Source of the DNA: an uncultured Clostridia bacterium
GTDB lineage: Bacteria > Bacillota > Clostridia > Oscillospirales > CAG-272
Assembly: GCA_944389045.1 (NCBI GenBank)
Contig: CALXKW010000001.1
Coordinates: 1 to 47,857 of the forward strand
Reading direction: 5' to 3'
Length of the DNA stretch: 47,857 bases
Below the pieces are notes generated by a model, which ran no database searches, was not told the DNA's origin, and was given only the letters and a program-made list of their open reading frames with translations. The translations under genes and the position numbers were made by a program. Shown here one piece after another: positions 36,301 through 42,915 of this stretch; position 1 is the first letter of the stretch; every line of letters begins with the position of its first letter.

Positions 36301-36791
36301 TGCGTCTCGGTATTGATGGCCTTGCCCGCTGTTTTTTTGACCGCTCCATCCAGCGACATGGTGAGCTTGCGGTTCTGCTCGTGCAAAGTAAAGAGCACTT
36401 CGTTGCCGGTGATCTTTTTTGCAAACTTTACCCGCGCGTTCGGCGTGCCGTACTCGCTCCCCGACTCGCTTAGTGTGTTATCAATTTCCTGCCACTTGCC
36501 GTTTTCATCGAGAACATGAACAGGCAGCTCATACTGAAATGCCGAGTAGCTCCCGTCCGCGTGTCGGAAATGCTTCACGCTTTCCTCGCGCAGCTCAGTA
36601 ACCTCAAACACTTCATCCCCGGCATAGACCACGTTTCCTGCGTCGGTCTGTTCTTCATTTATATTGGTTGTATCAGCGGATTCCCGGTTCTCTTGGAGAA
36701 CCTCCGCGTAGACTCCGATTGGTACTGCAAAGACAGCTATCAGAATCGCTAAAAATACCGATAAACTTCTTGTTAACCAACTTCTCTTCAT
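30399..36791 (-). CDS. Sec-signal Rhs/YD-repeat polymorphic toxin-like protein (DNRLRE-like N-domain, two CBM-like modules, YD repeats, Rhs core, DUF4329-like C-terminal tip)
   Basis: Signal peptide MKRSWLTRSLSVFLAILIAVFAVPIGVYA. DNRLRE-like TDTYIYSGSPSSSYGGSSYLYVG...LPAGATLISASLTLY. CBM-like NLLLNGGFE and IEDGSFENPSW. Many YD units (YTYDSKGRVT, YSYDALRRQV, YEYDADGKML, YAYDKGGNIT, YVYDAWGNTV). Core RYRGYYRDSESGFYYLGSRYYDPTIGRFINVD and NNPIMYVDNSGRF. Tip EYGINIF...HSHPKPDHSLFSLPD. Confidence 0.92.
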   Translation of the reverse strand: MKRSWLTRSLSVFLAILIAVFAVPIGVYAEVLQENRESADTTNINEEQTDAGNVVYAGDEVFEVTELREESVKHFRHADGSYSAFQYELPVHVLDENGKWQEIDNTLSESGSEYGTPNARVKFAKKITGNEVLFTLHEQNRKLTMSLDGAVKKTAGKAINTETQLDESATLLQKLTTLDKLTSRVIYSDILEGVDLEYIVESLNIKENLIVKKPLPSYSFSFTMKLNNLTAELGEDGAVVITDQKSGELVYTIPVPVVYDGAGDHAPEGTAYYTLTQTGNNSWKLTVTADDEWMHDPSRVYPVTIDPPLCTNRYNDMTDTYIYSGSPSSSYGGSSYLYVGEANSGEEYITYWKAETLPSLPAGATLISASLTLYCIAFSTYYPTHINVGLYEAPASWSYSSTWNSLNGSFTGSDGVIDSVRIDTYNDGGELEWDITELAESWYVNSSNNTGVVLRGIDNIRSYVRFYSTNANTHRPIYRADYRKVNGTESYWSYMTQGAGLAGNGYVNQATGALTFQFSGWSTDDGLMPYTPSLVYNSNQKNAFFNTSYAPTTMQANTGYGWKLDSQQSVVIQSYYDPSGVSKAYYIWIDADGTEHAFLPHSSSSGTVYYDEDGLGLELEVLSTTTNGMKYQIHDGHGNLLGFDVSGYLVKEIDSFGNERIYNRIGARLASVSLKPVGKSSFIQVSFSYYTGSDATVLTGITYTGTGRSIKLYYSASQTGTTDISQSQTKYLRRIEFYNGSLAATVSYTYSQGYLSEAVDGLSGTKLKYFFNGSGKLANLYEYGEGSVAGQRINMTHSSGRNLIRSSGPDDVYGNSDDLQTVILYDDHLRVINSYVTDINSSMVYGFSSASYLEDEENNPKLANKPGTVSSSGASQTNLLLNGGFEITGNSPWTSINGTTLASVQSGPKSGDRAVQLLFGSGKTSGGCQQSLYLTPGTYTFSAFVRKAGSSSTSSTIRLGAPSGTEVIRTGETLSFASGTPMTLDYIPLSTTFKVTTAGNYTVSIMTSRSSSSYSAIFAIDDAVLVKDEGAGKFSLIEDGSFENPSWTGQKWGGIDTSTAQTHTGRYSLNITGDLDVLCFEGQEISLMSESEVNSIIQNAAYSKENPVRSYLLSGWAKADSLKLRGDRTFGIQAIVEYVKPGSSTREYEYFDASFSDSISSWQFVSIPVMTDPEKGYPVLIQIDCLYGYNHGEAYFDDIMLVPHADTVDYTYDSKGRVTAVKNGDVYSSSDTTYYSETDPDAGGEIDTIIYADGKKIKYDYEKHRVIDIWKYDENGGFISYCHILYDDWGNPEYIGEIAGDEGVADTSYTYSQTPRIFGKPLTYEDNTGLVTTYYYNETNGDLLAVTYSDGTGMAYSYDALRRQVSARPALVSGTGYITENNSERALFTYEGSELAAIATATTTYTFDYDAYGNQTAISVGDAEIAKYIYNAANGKLKYVVYGNGYVVKYIYDSLERLSKECYTQISGTLPTSDSSYDSYSYTTACEYVYNSQGYVSEFIDYIEKAKYNYEYDADGKMLSVTRLDQTSGTVSVEYRQNLQYDSKGQLSETEAVYLLGGTQYSEAYSFVYDTAGRLDTLYFGGTSSSDTIYYVYDGMSRLAGKTTSLGSVKQYNLYTYRLANGSKGESETGQVEQFTSTIEYLTTTKSSTAYTYTYDRLGNITEIRLNGVLKYRYSYDNLSQLIREDNAEAGKSYVYAYDKGGNITSKKTYAYTTGTLGSVQSTYDYSYGNAEWGDQMTAYRGVTLSYDALGNPTSYYNGSFCNLFWSKGRKLNALARGSTDITQYVYNAEGNRISKSRNGTVTEYVLDGSRILAEKQGSTVIVYLYDGAGSPIGMKLNGTTYTYEKNLQGDIVGIINAVGDRVVTYVYDAWGNTVSQSYTDSNAFIYNPFRYRGYYRDSESGFYYLGSRYYDPTIGRFINVDSSVNANGDIIGFNMYAYCSNNPIMYVDNSGRFIISIFVAAGLAVVSLFALSGCNNSDYDESDDIYKPETGFDTIEEAVISASFEMEKEHRITRYEYGINIFQYEGDPKFYYDVNMMYTSEMNTRLTVELDKKPAYAVVVAQIHSHPKPDHSLFSLPDVKFAYRHPNIEFYLAVMDDLRGGALHSVYYLEYDRKRPYQYEDILIWTYMN

Positions 36792-36963
36792 TTTGTTTTC
36801 CCTTCCTTTTATGTTCAGATTGATAGTTTTTAACTGATGTTCTGATGTTTCTTGAATCCATTGCCGTGGGAAAAGCAGGGTATTTTCAACGCTTTCCGGG
36901 GTTGCAATCGATTGACAGCCTTTAATCTCTCATAAGCGCTCCCTCCCGTAAAATAGTTTCAGA

Positions 36964-37003
36964 TGAAAAAACGCATAAGCCGGCTTGTCCCCAACTTATG
37001 CGT
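36964..37003 (-). terminator. rho-independent terminator in the Rhs upstream region
   Basis: On the - strand: ACGCATAAG - 15 nt - CTTATGCGT followed by TTTTTTC. Confidence 0.75.
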
Positions 37004-37129
37004 AAATTCACCCATTCTGCCGACGCTTTCGTACAGCTTTTTTACCGCCATACCCTAAAAACTTCGGCAAATCTTGCTTTTGCGCACAGATTGTCGGGTA
37101 CATTTTTTTCTACTGTTTCCTATATCTGT

Positions 37130-37158
37130 ATATTATCATTTTTTTCCTGTATTGTCAA
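37130..37158 (-). promoter_or_regulatory. promoter TTGACA - 17 nt - TAATAT (- strand)
   Basis: Reverse complement of 37153-37158 is TTGACA and of 37130-37135 is TAATAT. Confidence 0.55.
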
Positions 37159-37314
37159 TATATAAAATAACTGGAATTAAAAAATGGGTGAAATATTTTT
37201 TTCACGACTATAAAATGGATTTTTATCATGAGAGTGGGCCGATTTACGATAGGGCAGAGTACTTTTTACTCAAGAAGCGGTTACCGGAGAAATCTGACGT
37301 GTCGTTGCAAAGTG

Positions 37315-37345
37315 AAGAGCGGTACCGTATAACGATACCGCTCTT
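37315..37345. terminator. stem-loop AAGAGCGGTA - 11 nt - TACCGCTCTT after the lipoprotein gene; related to 29443-29476
   Basis: 10-bp stem 50 nt downstream of the stop at 37394. No clear U-tract. Confidence 0.45.
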
Positions 37346-37393
37346 TGACTTAAGAAGTTAAACTATATGAATGTCACCTGTATTTTTACAGTC

Positions 37394-38245
37394 TTATTTG
37401 TTCGTATCAAGCTTATCGAATTGCTCAACCTTTGTAATTGAACTTTCAAATTTTGTACTGTCGGTTGAAAAGATAGAGGCAACAGAACCGAATGTGTCTG
37501 AATTCATAAATGCAGTATATTGCTGATAGGCTTCCGCCGCATCGCTTGACGAAGCGGTCGTAACAGAAATAAAGTAATTCCCCATCATGATCCCGGCCAT
37601 TCTTGGTATTCCATTTCTGTAGGTATATACCACTTCTTTTTCACCTGTCCTGCGCAATACATATCCTGTGTCAATATTTTCAGAAACGCTAAAATTCTGA
37701 GATGAATATGCGATTGAGGCATAGTCACAATATGCAGCATAATATTCCGTTGTTGTCATATCGGAAAAACACCCGGGAGAATAGGTTACCGTAATATAAT
37801 TGTGTTTGAAATGATAATTGAATACAACACAATCCGAGGTAATTTGAAAGGAAACAGATTCAAACTCATCCATTTCATCAAGATTTAATCCAAATACTGT
37901 TTCTAATGATACATATCCGCTGAGCGCATACTCATTTGTTTTGTAGCCGTCAATCTGCGGAAAGTTTTCAAATTCGGGGGAATTTGTGTAATCACTACTT
38001 TGAACCGAGCCTGTGTACAGATAGGTTTCCAAATCCTCAACCGAATAGAAAAGGCATTCTACTGCATCATGAGAAAAAATATTTTCAATGTTGTTGCCGG
38101 AAACCGGCCGGTTATCGTCTGATGTATTTGGACTACTATAGTCCTGAGTACTGTTTTCGGGCTTTGAATCCTGGTTTACACTTTCACAAGAACAGACTGC
38201 AATAATCATCAAAAATACTATGAGAATTAATGCTATTTTTTTCAT
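37394..38245 (-). CDS. lipoprotein of unknown function
   Basis: MKKIALILIVFLMIIAVCSCES (lipobox AVCSC). Starts 42 nt after the metzincin gene stop, with its own SD. Confidence 0.7.
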   Translation of the reverse strand: MKKIALILIVFLMIIAVCSCESVNQDSKPENSTQDYSSPNTSDDNRPVSGNNIENIFSHDAVECLFYSVEDLETYLYTGSVQSSDYTNSPEFENFPQIDGYKTNEYALSGYVSLETVFGLNLDEMDEFESVSFQITSDCVVFNYHFKHNYITVTYSPGCFSDMTTTEYYAAYCDYASIAYSSQNFSVSENIDTGYVLRRTGEKEVVYTYRNGIPRMAGIMMGNYFISVTTASSSDAAEAYQQYTAFMNSDTFGSVASIFSTDSTKFESSITKVEQFDKLDTNK

Positions 38246-38287
38246 AATATCCTACCTTTCTGTTTCAGATGATATGTTTAACACGGG

Positions 38288-40336
38288 TTAATTGGACATG
38301 TTATACAGTTTGAATTTGTTAGCATTTACTGTACTCATACATACACTGCACATTGTTAGATTGGCGTTAACATCTGCCGTATTAATACTCATTATGCAAT
38401 CTTCTGTTTTATCGCAATGAGGAGCTCCCAAAAGATGCAAATGCTCATGCACTGTTGTTCTCAAAATACGATCAATGTTTCCACTATTAATATATGCGTT
38501 GAATAAAGCAGACATTATTACAATTCTATTTCCGTTTAAATATGACCATCCATATGCGGATTGCGTGGAATGCGTTGTTCCATCTGTATAACAACCCCTA
38601 TGACCAGTATATAGTATATTCGTTTGTTCAGCATTTTCTAATGATTGTCCATTTGAAATATTACCGAGAAACTTGGTTTCAGCTTTATGATGCAAACCAT
38701 TTGTACATTCTTCTACAGTACTGTCAGATGCAGCACTTTTGCAATCGTAGCAATAGACATCGATTTGATTTTTATGGTTACAATTACTTGTATATGGATA
38801 TGATTCGTACACACTATCTGAATAATCCACATCTAATCTTATTCCAAATCGCTCTTTGAATACGCTGGCAAAAGATAACCCTGCCGAATTGTCTCCATAT
38901 ATGCTTTTCAAAACATTCATATATGAAGTACCGTATCTGTCTACAAATCCTTGATCATATATAACATTAATTTTTAATGTTAAAGCCTCAATATCCCAGT
39001 TGCAGCTATTTGAATAACTGCCTTGTACAAGATTCCCGGATTCAATCTTCAAATATAGTGGATTACTCGCTCCACGTTCATACTGATTTTTACTTTGAAT
39101 TCTATAGTGTCCATCACTAGTCTTCTCGATTTTCCACAAACCATATACGCTGGAATATGTTGATTGAGATATTTTAGCACCTTCTGAATTACTTGCCGGA
39201 GCTCTTAAATAATATCCTGTAACGTCATTTTTGATTTTATAAAATCCATTTTCATATTCAAATTTCCACATCATTGATGTACGCGAATATGAGTATGTAT
39301 TCGCGACAATATAAGAACCAACATCTGCATTCGCCGGCTGGAATAAAAGGCTGCTTGATGCATTTTTGAAAAAGTGAACAATATCATCTTCAAAGTTAAT
39401 TGTAACTAATCTGCTCCAAATCCAAGGGGCACCTGAATAGGTCCACTGAACTCTTATAATTCCACCTTTCAATGCAGTCAGTAGCCCACTCGAAGAATTA
39501 ATTGTTGCTTTATCTGTTTCCGAATAATCCGGTTCACTTACGCTGTACACAATAGGGCCGTTTATTCCAACCGTTGAACTATACATGCAAACATCAAAGT
39601 CGAAGGTCTCACCTCGCATCAGTTCATTGGTATATGAGATGCTTGTTGTGCTATTTATAGCTGCTCCTGTGTATTGATAAAATTGCCACTTTGTACCCGT
39701 ATCATTGGGGTTGGTTGTAAATTTAAGTATAGGACCGCCACCAGTATCTGATGTGGATTTAATATAATACGTCGTACTACCATCATTATACCAGATGTAC
39801 TTGTATCCATCTGTAGTTGTTGTCATTTTCCATGTATATTTGATTGATAAATTACTATCTGTAGCGGGTTGTCCAGAGACCTTTACTTTTCCCGAAACTG
39901 GAGCGTTGTTTAACACACTCGGATATATTATAATCTCGTTATTTAACATGCTCCTAATAACATAGTCATTCGTTTCCGATCTGTATGCTATTTTAAATAA
40001 AAATTCACGGTCTGTACTACTGATAGGTGGTGTCGAGTTTGTTTCTTGATAGACCCACGAGAGTGAACTAAGAGTGTTATTTTGGACATAAACATTAGTA
40101 TTCGCTTTTCTAATCGCATATACACCGTTGATCGTAGAACTTGACGTTAACTGTTGCTCAACACTCTCGCTTTCTGCTACATAGCTATCATTTGGTATAA
40201 TGTCATACTCTTGAAGCGGTTCTTTGTTTACCGTTTGAATTTCCTCCACATTTGTCAATGCAGTAACAGGTATTGATAACACAACCATAAATAGTGCAAT
40301 TAACACAGATAATAATCTTGTTGTTTTATGATTCAT
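38288..40336 (-). CDS. secreted zinc metalloprotease (metzincin/reprolysin-like) with two ricin-type beta-trefoil modules
   Basis: Signal peptide. xxW triplets (YTWKM, TKWQF; MMWKF, GLWKI, CNWDI). Catalytic TVHEHLHLLGAPHCD (HExxHxxGxxH) followed by CIMS (Met-turn). Confidence 0.8.
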   Translation of the reverse strand: MNHKTTRLLSVLIALFMVVLSIPVTALTNVEEIQTVNKEPLQEYDIIPNDSYVAESESVEQQLTSSSTINGVYAIRKANTNVYVQNNTLSSLSWVYQETNSTPPISSTDREFLFKIAYRSETNDYVIRSMLNNEIIIYPSVLNNAPVSGKVKVSGQPATDSNLSIKYTWKMTTTTDGYKYIWYNDGSTTYYIKSTSDTGGGPILKFTTNPNDTGTKWQFYQYTGAAINSTTSISYTNELMRGETFDFDVCMYSSTVGINGPIVYSVSEPDYSETDKATINSSSGLLTALKGGIIRVQWTYSGAPWIWSRLVTINFEDDIVHFFKNASSSLLFQPANADVGSYIVANTYSYSRTSMMWKFEYENGFYKIKNDVTGYYLRAPASNSEGAKISQSTYSSVYGLWKIEKTSDGHYRIQSKNQYERGASNPLYLKIESGNLVQGSYSNSCNWDIEALTLKINVIYDQGFVDRYGTSYMNVLKSIYGDNSAGLSFASVFKERFGIRLDVDYSDSVYESYPYTSNCNHKNQIDVYCYDCKSAASDSTVEECTNGLHHKAETKFLGNISNGQSLENAEQTNILYTGHRGCYTDGTTHSTQSAYGWSYLNGNRIVIMSALFNAYINSGNIDRILRTTVHEHLHLLGAPHCDKTEDCIMSINTADVNANLTMCSVCMSTVNANKFKLYNMSN

Positions 40337-40478
40337 AATAAACTCCTTTCTCGTCTACATAGTGGTGGCATAATCCCAAAGTAAACTACCGGAAGGACAG
40401 AGGGATTCTGCAGTCGGTGAATGGGGTTGTTGATTGTTTTTTCATTCTAAGGCATCCCTCCTTAAAAATATAATTTTA

Positions 40479-40570
40479 CAAAAAATAGCGCACAAAACCG
40501 CCGGTATAATGTTCCTTGGTTCTATGCGCTTAATATTCTGTTGTACTGAAGGCAAAAAGTTAGCGCATAG
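40479..40570 (-). promoter_or_regulatory. attenuator: terminator helix (40479-40530) with a competing upstream antiterminator segment (40562-40570)
   Basis: RNA segment AGCGCAUAG(AACC) can pair with upstream CUAUGCGCU (9 bp). Alternatively it pairs with downstream GGUUUUGUGCGCU (13 bp including 2 GU), which is followed by AUUUUUUG. Confidence 0.55.
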
Positions 40571-40613
40571 ACGGTCCGTTGGATAAATGTGTTCGGCTAC
40601 TAATTGCATTTCA

Positions 40614-40642
40614 ATTGTACCATAAATTTCTACAAATGTCAA
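40614..40642 (-). promoter_or_regulatory. consensus promoter TTGACA - 17 nt - TACAAT (- strand)
   Basis: Reverse complement of 40637-40642 is TTGACA and of 40614-40619 is TACAAT. Confidence 0.65.
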
Positions 40643-40715
40643 TAATAATTTGCGAATTATTTCCTGTTTTTTGAAACTGGTACTTTTTATACAAAACATA
40701 TATGCTTTATGTATA

Positions 40716-40772
40716 TAAAAAAGAAAAAATGGAGGAAAATTGTCGAGGCAGTATTACCCGCAATTTTCCTCC
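40716..40772 (-). terminator. rho-independent terminator of the sigma/orf8-like operon
   Basis: On the - strand: GGAGGAAAATTG - 18 nt - CAATTTTCCTCC followed by ATTTTTTCTTTTTT. Confidence 0.88.
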
Positions 40773-40790
40773 TCGGTTCATGCGAAAAGT

Positions 40791-40973
40791 TTATAGTTCA
40801 AACTTCTCAATGCAGTTCATGAAGCGCAAACAGAGCTCTTGATATAAATCTTTATCGAAGGTGCCGTCAACTATGGATTCTTTTACAAGAAGCGGGGTGT
40901 ACATATTCAAAAGCTCTTCGACCGCAGCAATATCATTCTGTTTTGCACGAATAAGTAATTCCTTGAAATTCAT
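40791..40973 (-). CDS. small helix-turn-helix protein (Tn916 orf8-like partner of the sigma-like protein)
   Basis: 60 aa: MNFKELLIRAKQNDIAAVEELLNMYTPLLVKES. Resembles sigma region-2-like small proteins that follow orf7-like genes. Overlaps the upstream gene by 4 nt. Confidence 0.6.
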   Translation of the reverse strand: MNFKELLIRAKQNDIAAVEELLNMYTPLLVKESIVDGTFDKDLYQELCLRFMNCIEKFEL

Positions 40974-41359
40974 TTGCTTTCACCTCCAATCAGTGCTCTC
41001 AATTTGGCAATGGTTCTGTAATAAACGGAAGCCACCCCTTTGTATTTCATACCAAGCTCATTCGCAATTTGAGAAAAACTTTTTTCATATAAAGCCCGTG
41101 CAAGAAAGATATATCGTTCTTTCTCCTTGATATTTCGCAGTGCCCATGAAAGACTGTCGCTCTCTCCCAGTTCGGTGATAATATCTGAATTGTCAACAAT
41201 GTTCAGATGGTATTCCTCAAGCTCAATTTCGATTTTCAAACGGTTGAATCTGTTCTTTAAATAGGCAAGCTTTTCTCTGCGGATCGCTGTGAGTATGTAG
41301 GCCGTGAATTTATTTTGTAAAATATCCGGTTCACTTGAACCACCATTTCGGTATATCAT
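40970..41359 (-). CDS. sigma-70 family (region 4) protein, Tn916 orf7-like
   Basis: FTAYILTAIRREKLAYLKNR, and region-4 HTH SFSQIANELGMKYKGVASVYYRTIAKLR. ATG 41359 follows AAGGAGGA. The ORF-track extension to 41494 does not look coding. Confidence 0.75.
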   Translation of the reverse strand: MIYRNGGSSEPDILQNKFTAYILTAIRREKLAYLKNRFNRLKIEIELEEYHLNIVDNSDIITELGESDSLSWALRNIKEKERYIFLARALYEKSFSQIANELGMKYKGVASVYYRTIAKLRALIGGESK

Positions 41360-41444
41360 TTTATCCTCCTTAAATTTTGAATTTATGCTGTCAGATAAAT
41401 TTATAAGGAGGCGCACGAATTGGGGGAAAGGGACTGCAAGTATA

Positions 41445-41493
41445 ACAAAAAATGCGCTCGTTAAACGGCATATTTGGCCGAATAATGAGCGCA
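41445..41493 (-). terminator. terminator-like hairpin inside the leader of the sigma gene
   Basis: On the - strand: UGCGCUCAUUA..(inner CGGC/GCCG)..UAACGAGCGCA followed by UUUUUUG. Confidence 0.6.
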
Positions 41494-41605
41494 ATAAGAT
41501 GGTGATGTAGCTGTCCTTGAATACTACTTCTTTGTTCCATTAAAAATGTCAATTTTATTTTTTAATCCAATCCATTATTTCAAATCTTTTCCAATATTTG
41601 ATTAG

Positions 41606-41634
41606 ATTTTACATAATTTGATTAAATTTGTCAA
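41606..41634 (-). promoter_or_regulatory. promoter TTGACA - 17 nt - TAAAAT (- strand)
   Basis: Reverse complement of 41629-41634 is TTGACA and of 41606-41611 is TAAAAT. Confidence 0.6.
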
Positions 41635-41643
41635 TATCTGGGG

Positions 41644-41688
41644 AAAATAAAAAATTCCCCTTGGACTTCCGGCCGGAAGTTCAAGGGG
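41644..41688 (-). terminator. rho-independent terminator after the DUF5131 gene
   Basis: On the - strand: CCCCTTGAACTTCCGG/CCGGAAGTCCAAGGGG (one GU) followed by AATTTTTTATTTT. Confidence 0.88.
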
Positions 41689-41762
41689 AAAGAGCTTTTT
41701 CAAGGGGTTATAATATGGACAGTATCCTTTGTTATACATGCTGTTATGGAGTCAGCTCAAAA

Positions 41763-42722
41763 CTATCGTCTTGGACACCACGGCGGAGAGGTTCGTGCAA
41801 ACCGACCTTTAATGTGAAGTCCGTCGGTCTCTCTGTGTTTAGCCAGTATGTTTTGATGCGTACAGATATGGCGTATGCCTCGTTTTCCTTCTTGAAACTT
41901 ACGACAATATTTACACTCGTTGCAGCGGGGTATTGGCTTATCCTTTGGATGCTGCAAGAGTGCAGGATACTGGCATATCAGTTTTTCTTTCCACAGCGCT
42001 TTCATATTGTTATTGTCTTTCATAAACAAGGGAGTATCGCCGATTCGGTTTATAAAGTCTTCGATATGTTTTTGCCTGGCGGCAATGTTCTGCTTGCTGG
42101 AGACAAACGGCTGACAGCCGATAATAATCCATTCGCTCCTCGGCAGATTTCGACTTAGTTTAAACTTCTCAATTGCTTCTATCCAAATGTATGTATGATA
42201 GCCGTCATGGACAAAGACATCCTGATTTAGATTGATTCTGCTGCCATACCAAAAGTTGTCCCCGGTCGGCAATACTTCTTGTTCCGCCAGTTCGGCATAT
42301 CGTTTGGGATTACAGGTCATAAACAGATAATTGTGCCATGGAGCAGCTTGACACATCTTAAATACTTCCATGATCCATTCTGTCGGAACACCGTCTCCAA
42401 ACATGTCTCCGATACTGCCGACATAAATGTTCGCCGGCTTTTTCTTATGCCTTATCATACTGAGTCTGTATTTGTGGAACGTATAGTTAAACCCTACAGG
42501 AAATTGAAGGACAGCACCTTTCTCTGTATGAAAGGGTGCATTCAGCACAAACAATCCTCGTTCGGGATCCTTTTCGATTTCTTTGCTGCTTAAATTTAAC
42601 CGAAGATTTCCGGTGAACCGCTTTGCAATACTAATTGCAAAGCAGGAAGAACAATGCTTACCGCAGCCCGTTATCGGATTCCAAGAAAAATCGCACCATT
42701 TAATAAGACTTTTTTTCATCAT
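41763..42722 (-). CDS. DUF5131 (phage Gp37/Gp68 family) protein with Cys-rich C-terminal extension
   Basis: LIKWCDFSWNPITGCGKHCSSCFA N-terminal signature. VGSIGDMFGD, LFMTCNPKRY and EWIIIGCQP match the family layout. The extra tail carries CNECKYC. Confidence 0.75.
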   Translation of the reverse strand: MMKKSLIKWCDFSWNPITGCGKHCSSCFAISIAKRFTGNLRLNLSSKEIEKDPERGLFVLNAPFHTEKGAVLQFPVGFNYTFHKYRLSMIRHKKKPANIYVGSIGDMFGDGVPTEWIMEVFKMCQAAPWHNYLFMTCNPKRYAELAEQEVLPTGDNFWYGSRINLNQDVFVHDGYHTYIWIEAIEKFKLSRNLPRSEWIIIGCQPFVSSKQNIAARQKHIEDFINRIGDTPLFMKDNNNMKALWKEKLICQYPALLQHPKDKPIPRCNECKYCRKFQEGKRGIRHICTHQNILAKHRETDGLHIKGRFARTSPPWCPRR

Positions 42723-42915
42723 TTTTCTTTACCTCTTTATCCTTTTTCGCTTGTTCCATGGGACATTTTCCATTGTCCATGCAAATCGGAAAATCTGTAA
42801 CCTTTAACTTATCGGTTAATTTTATATCATAACTGCACAGAGCAAAACCTCTGCCAAAGGGACAAAGTGCGTGTACGCAGTCATCCCATTTCATTTTCCT
42901 TTTTATTTTAGCCAT
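42700..42915 (-). CDS. small Cys-rich hypothetical protein (71 aa)
   Basis: ATG 42915 follows AAGGAG with 7-nt spacing. Five Cys residues. Overlaps both neighbours. Confidence 0.5.
   Translation of the reverse strand: MAKIKRKMKWDDCVHALCPFGRGFALCSYDIKLTDKLKVTDFPICMDNGKCPMEQAKKDKEVKKNDEKKSY

Noticed and set aside
30399-36791. Considered whether internal repeats of the Rhs gene represent a CRISPR-like or tandem DNA repeat array.
   Set aside because: The periodicity is at the protein level (degenerate YD units) inside one continuous 2130-codon ORF. There are no identical DNA repeats with unique spacers.
37074-37361. 95-aa + strand ORF in the Rhs/lipoprotein intergenic region.
   Set aside because: It has a TTG start without an SD, spans the - strand promoter and the hairpin element, and is AT-rich Phe/Leu/Tyr-heavy. 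It is likely non-coding.
40442-40699. 85-aa - strand ORF covering the metzincin leader.
   Set aside because: It starts upstream of the predicted promoter, runs through the terminator/antiterminator segments, and has no SD.
41360-41494. Upstream extension of the sigma-like ORF (MRSLFGQICRLTSAFFVILAV...).
   Set aside because: It has no SD and a hydrophobic nonsense-like sequence, and it contains the leader terminator. The ATG at 41359 has a perfect AAGGAGGA.
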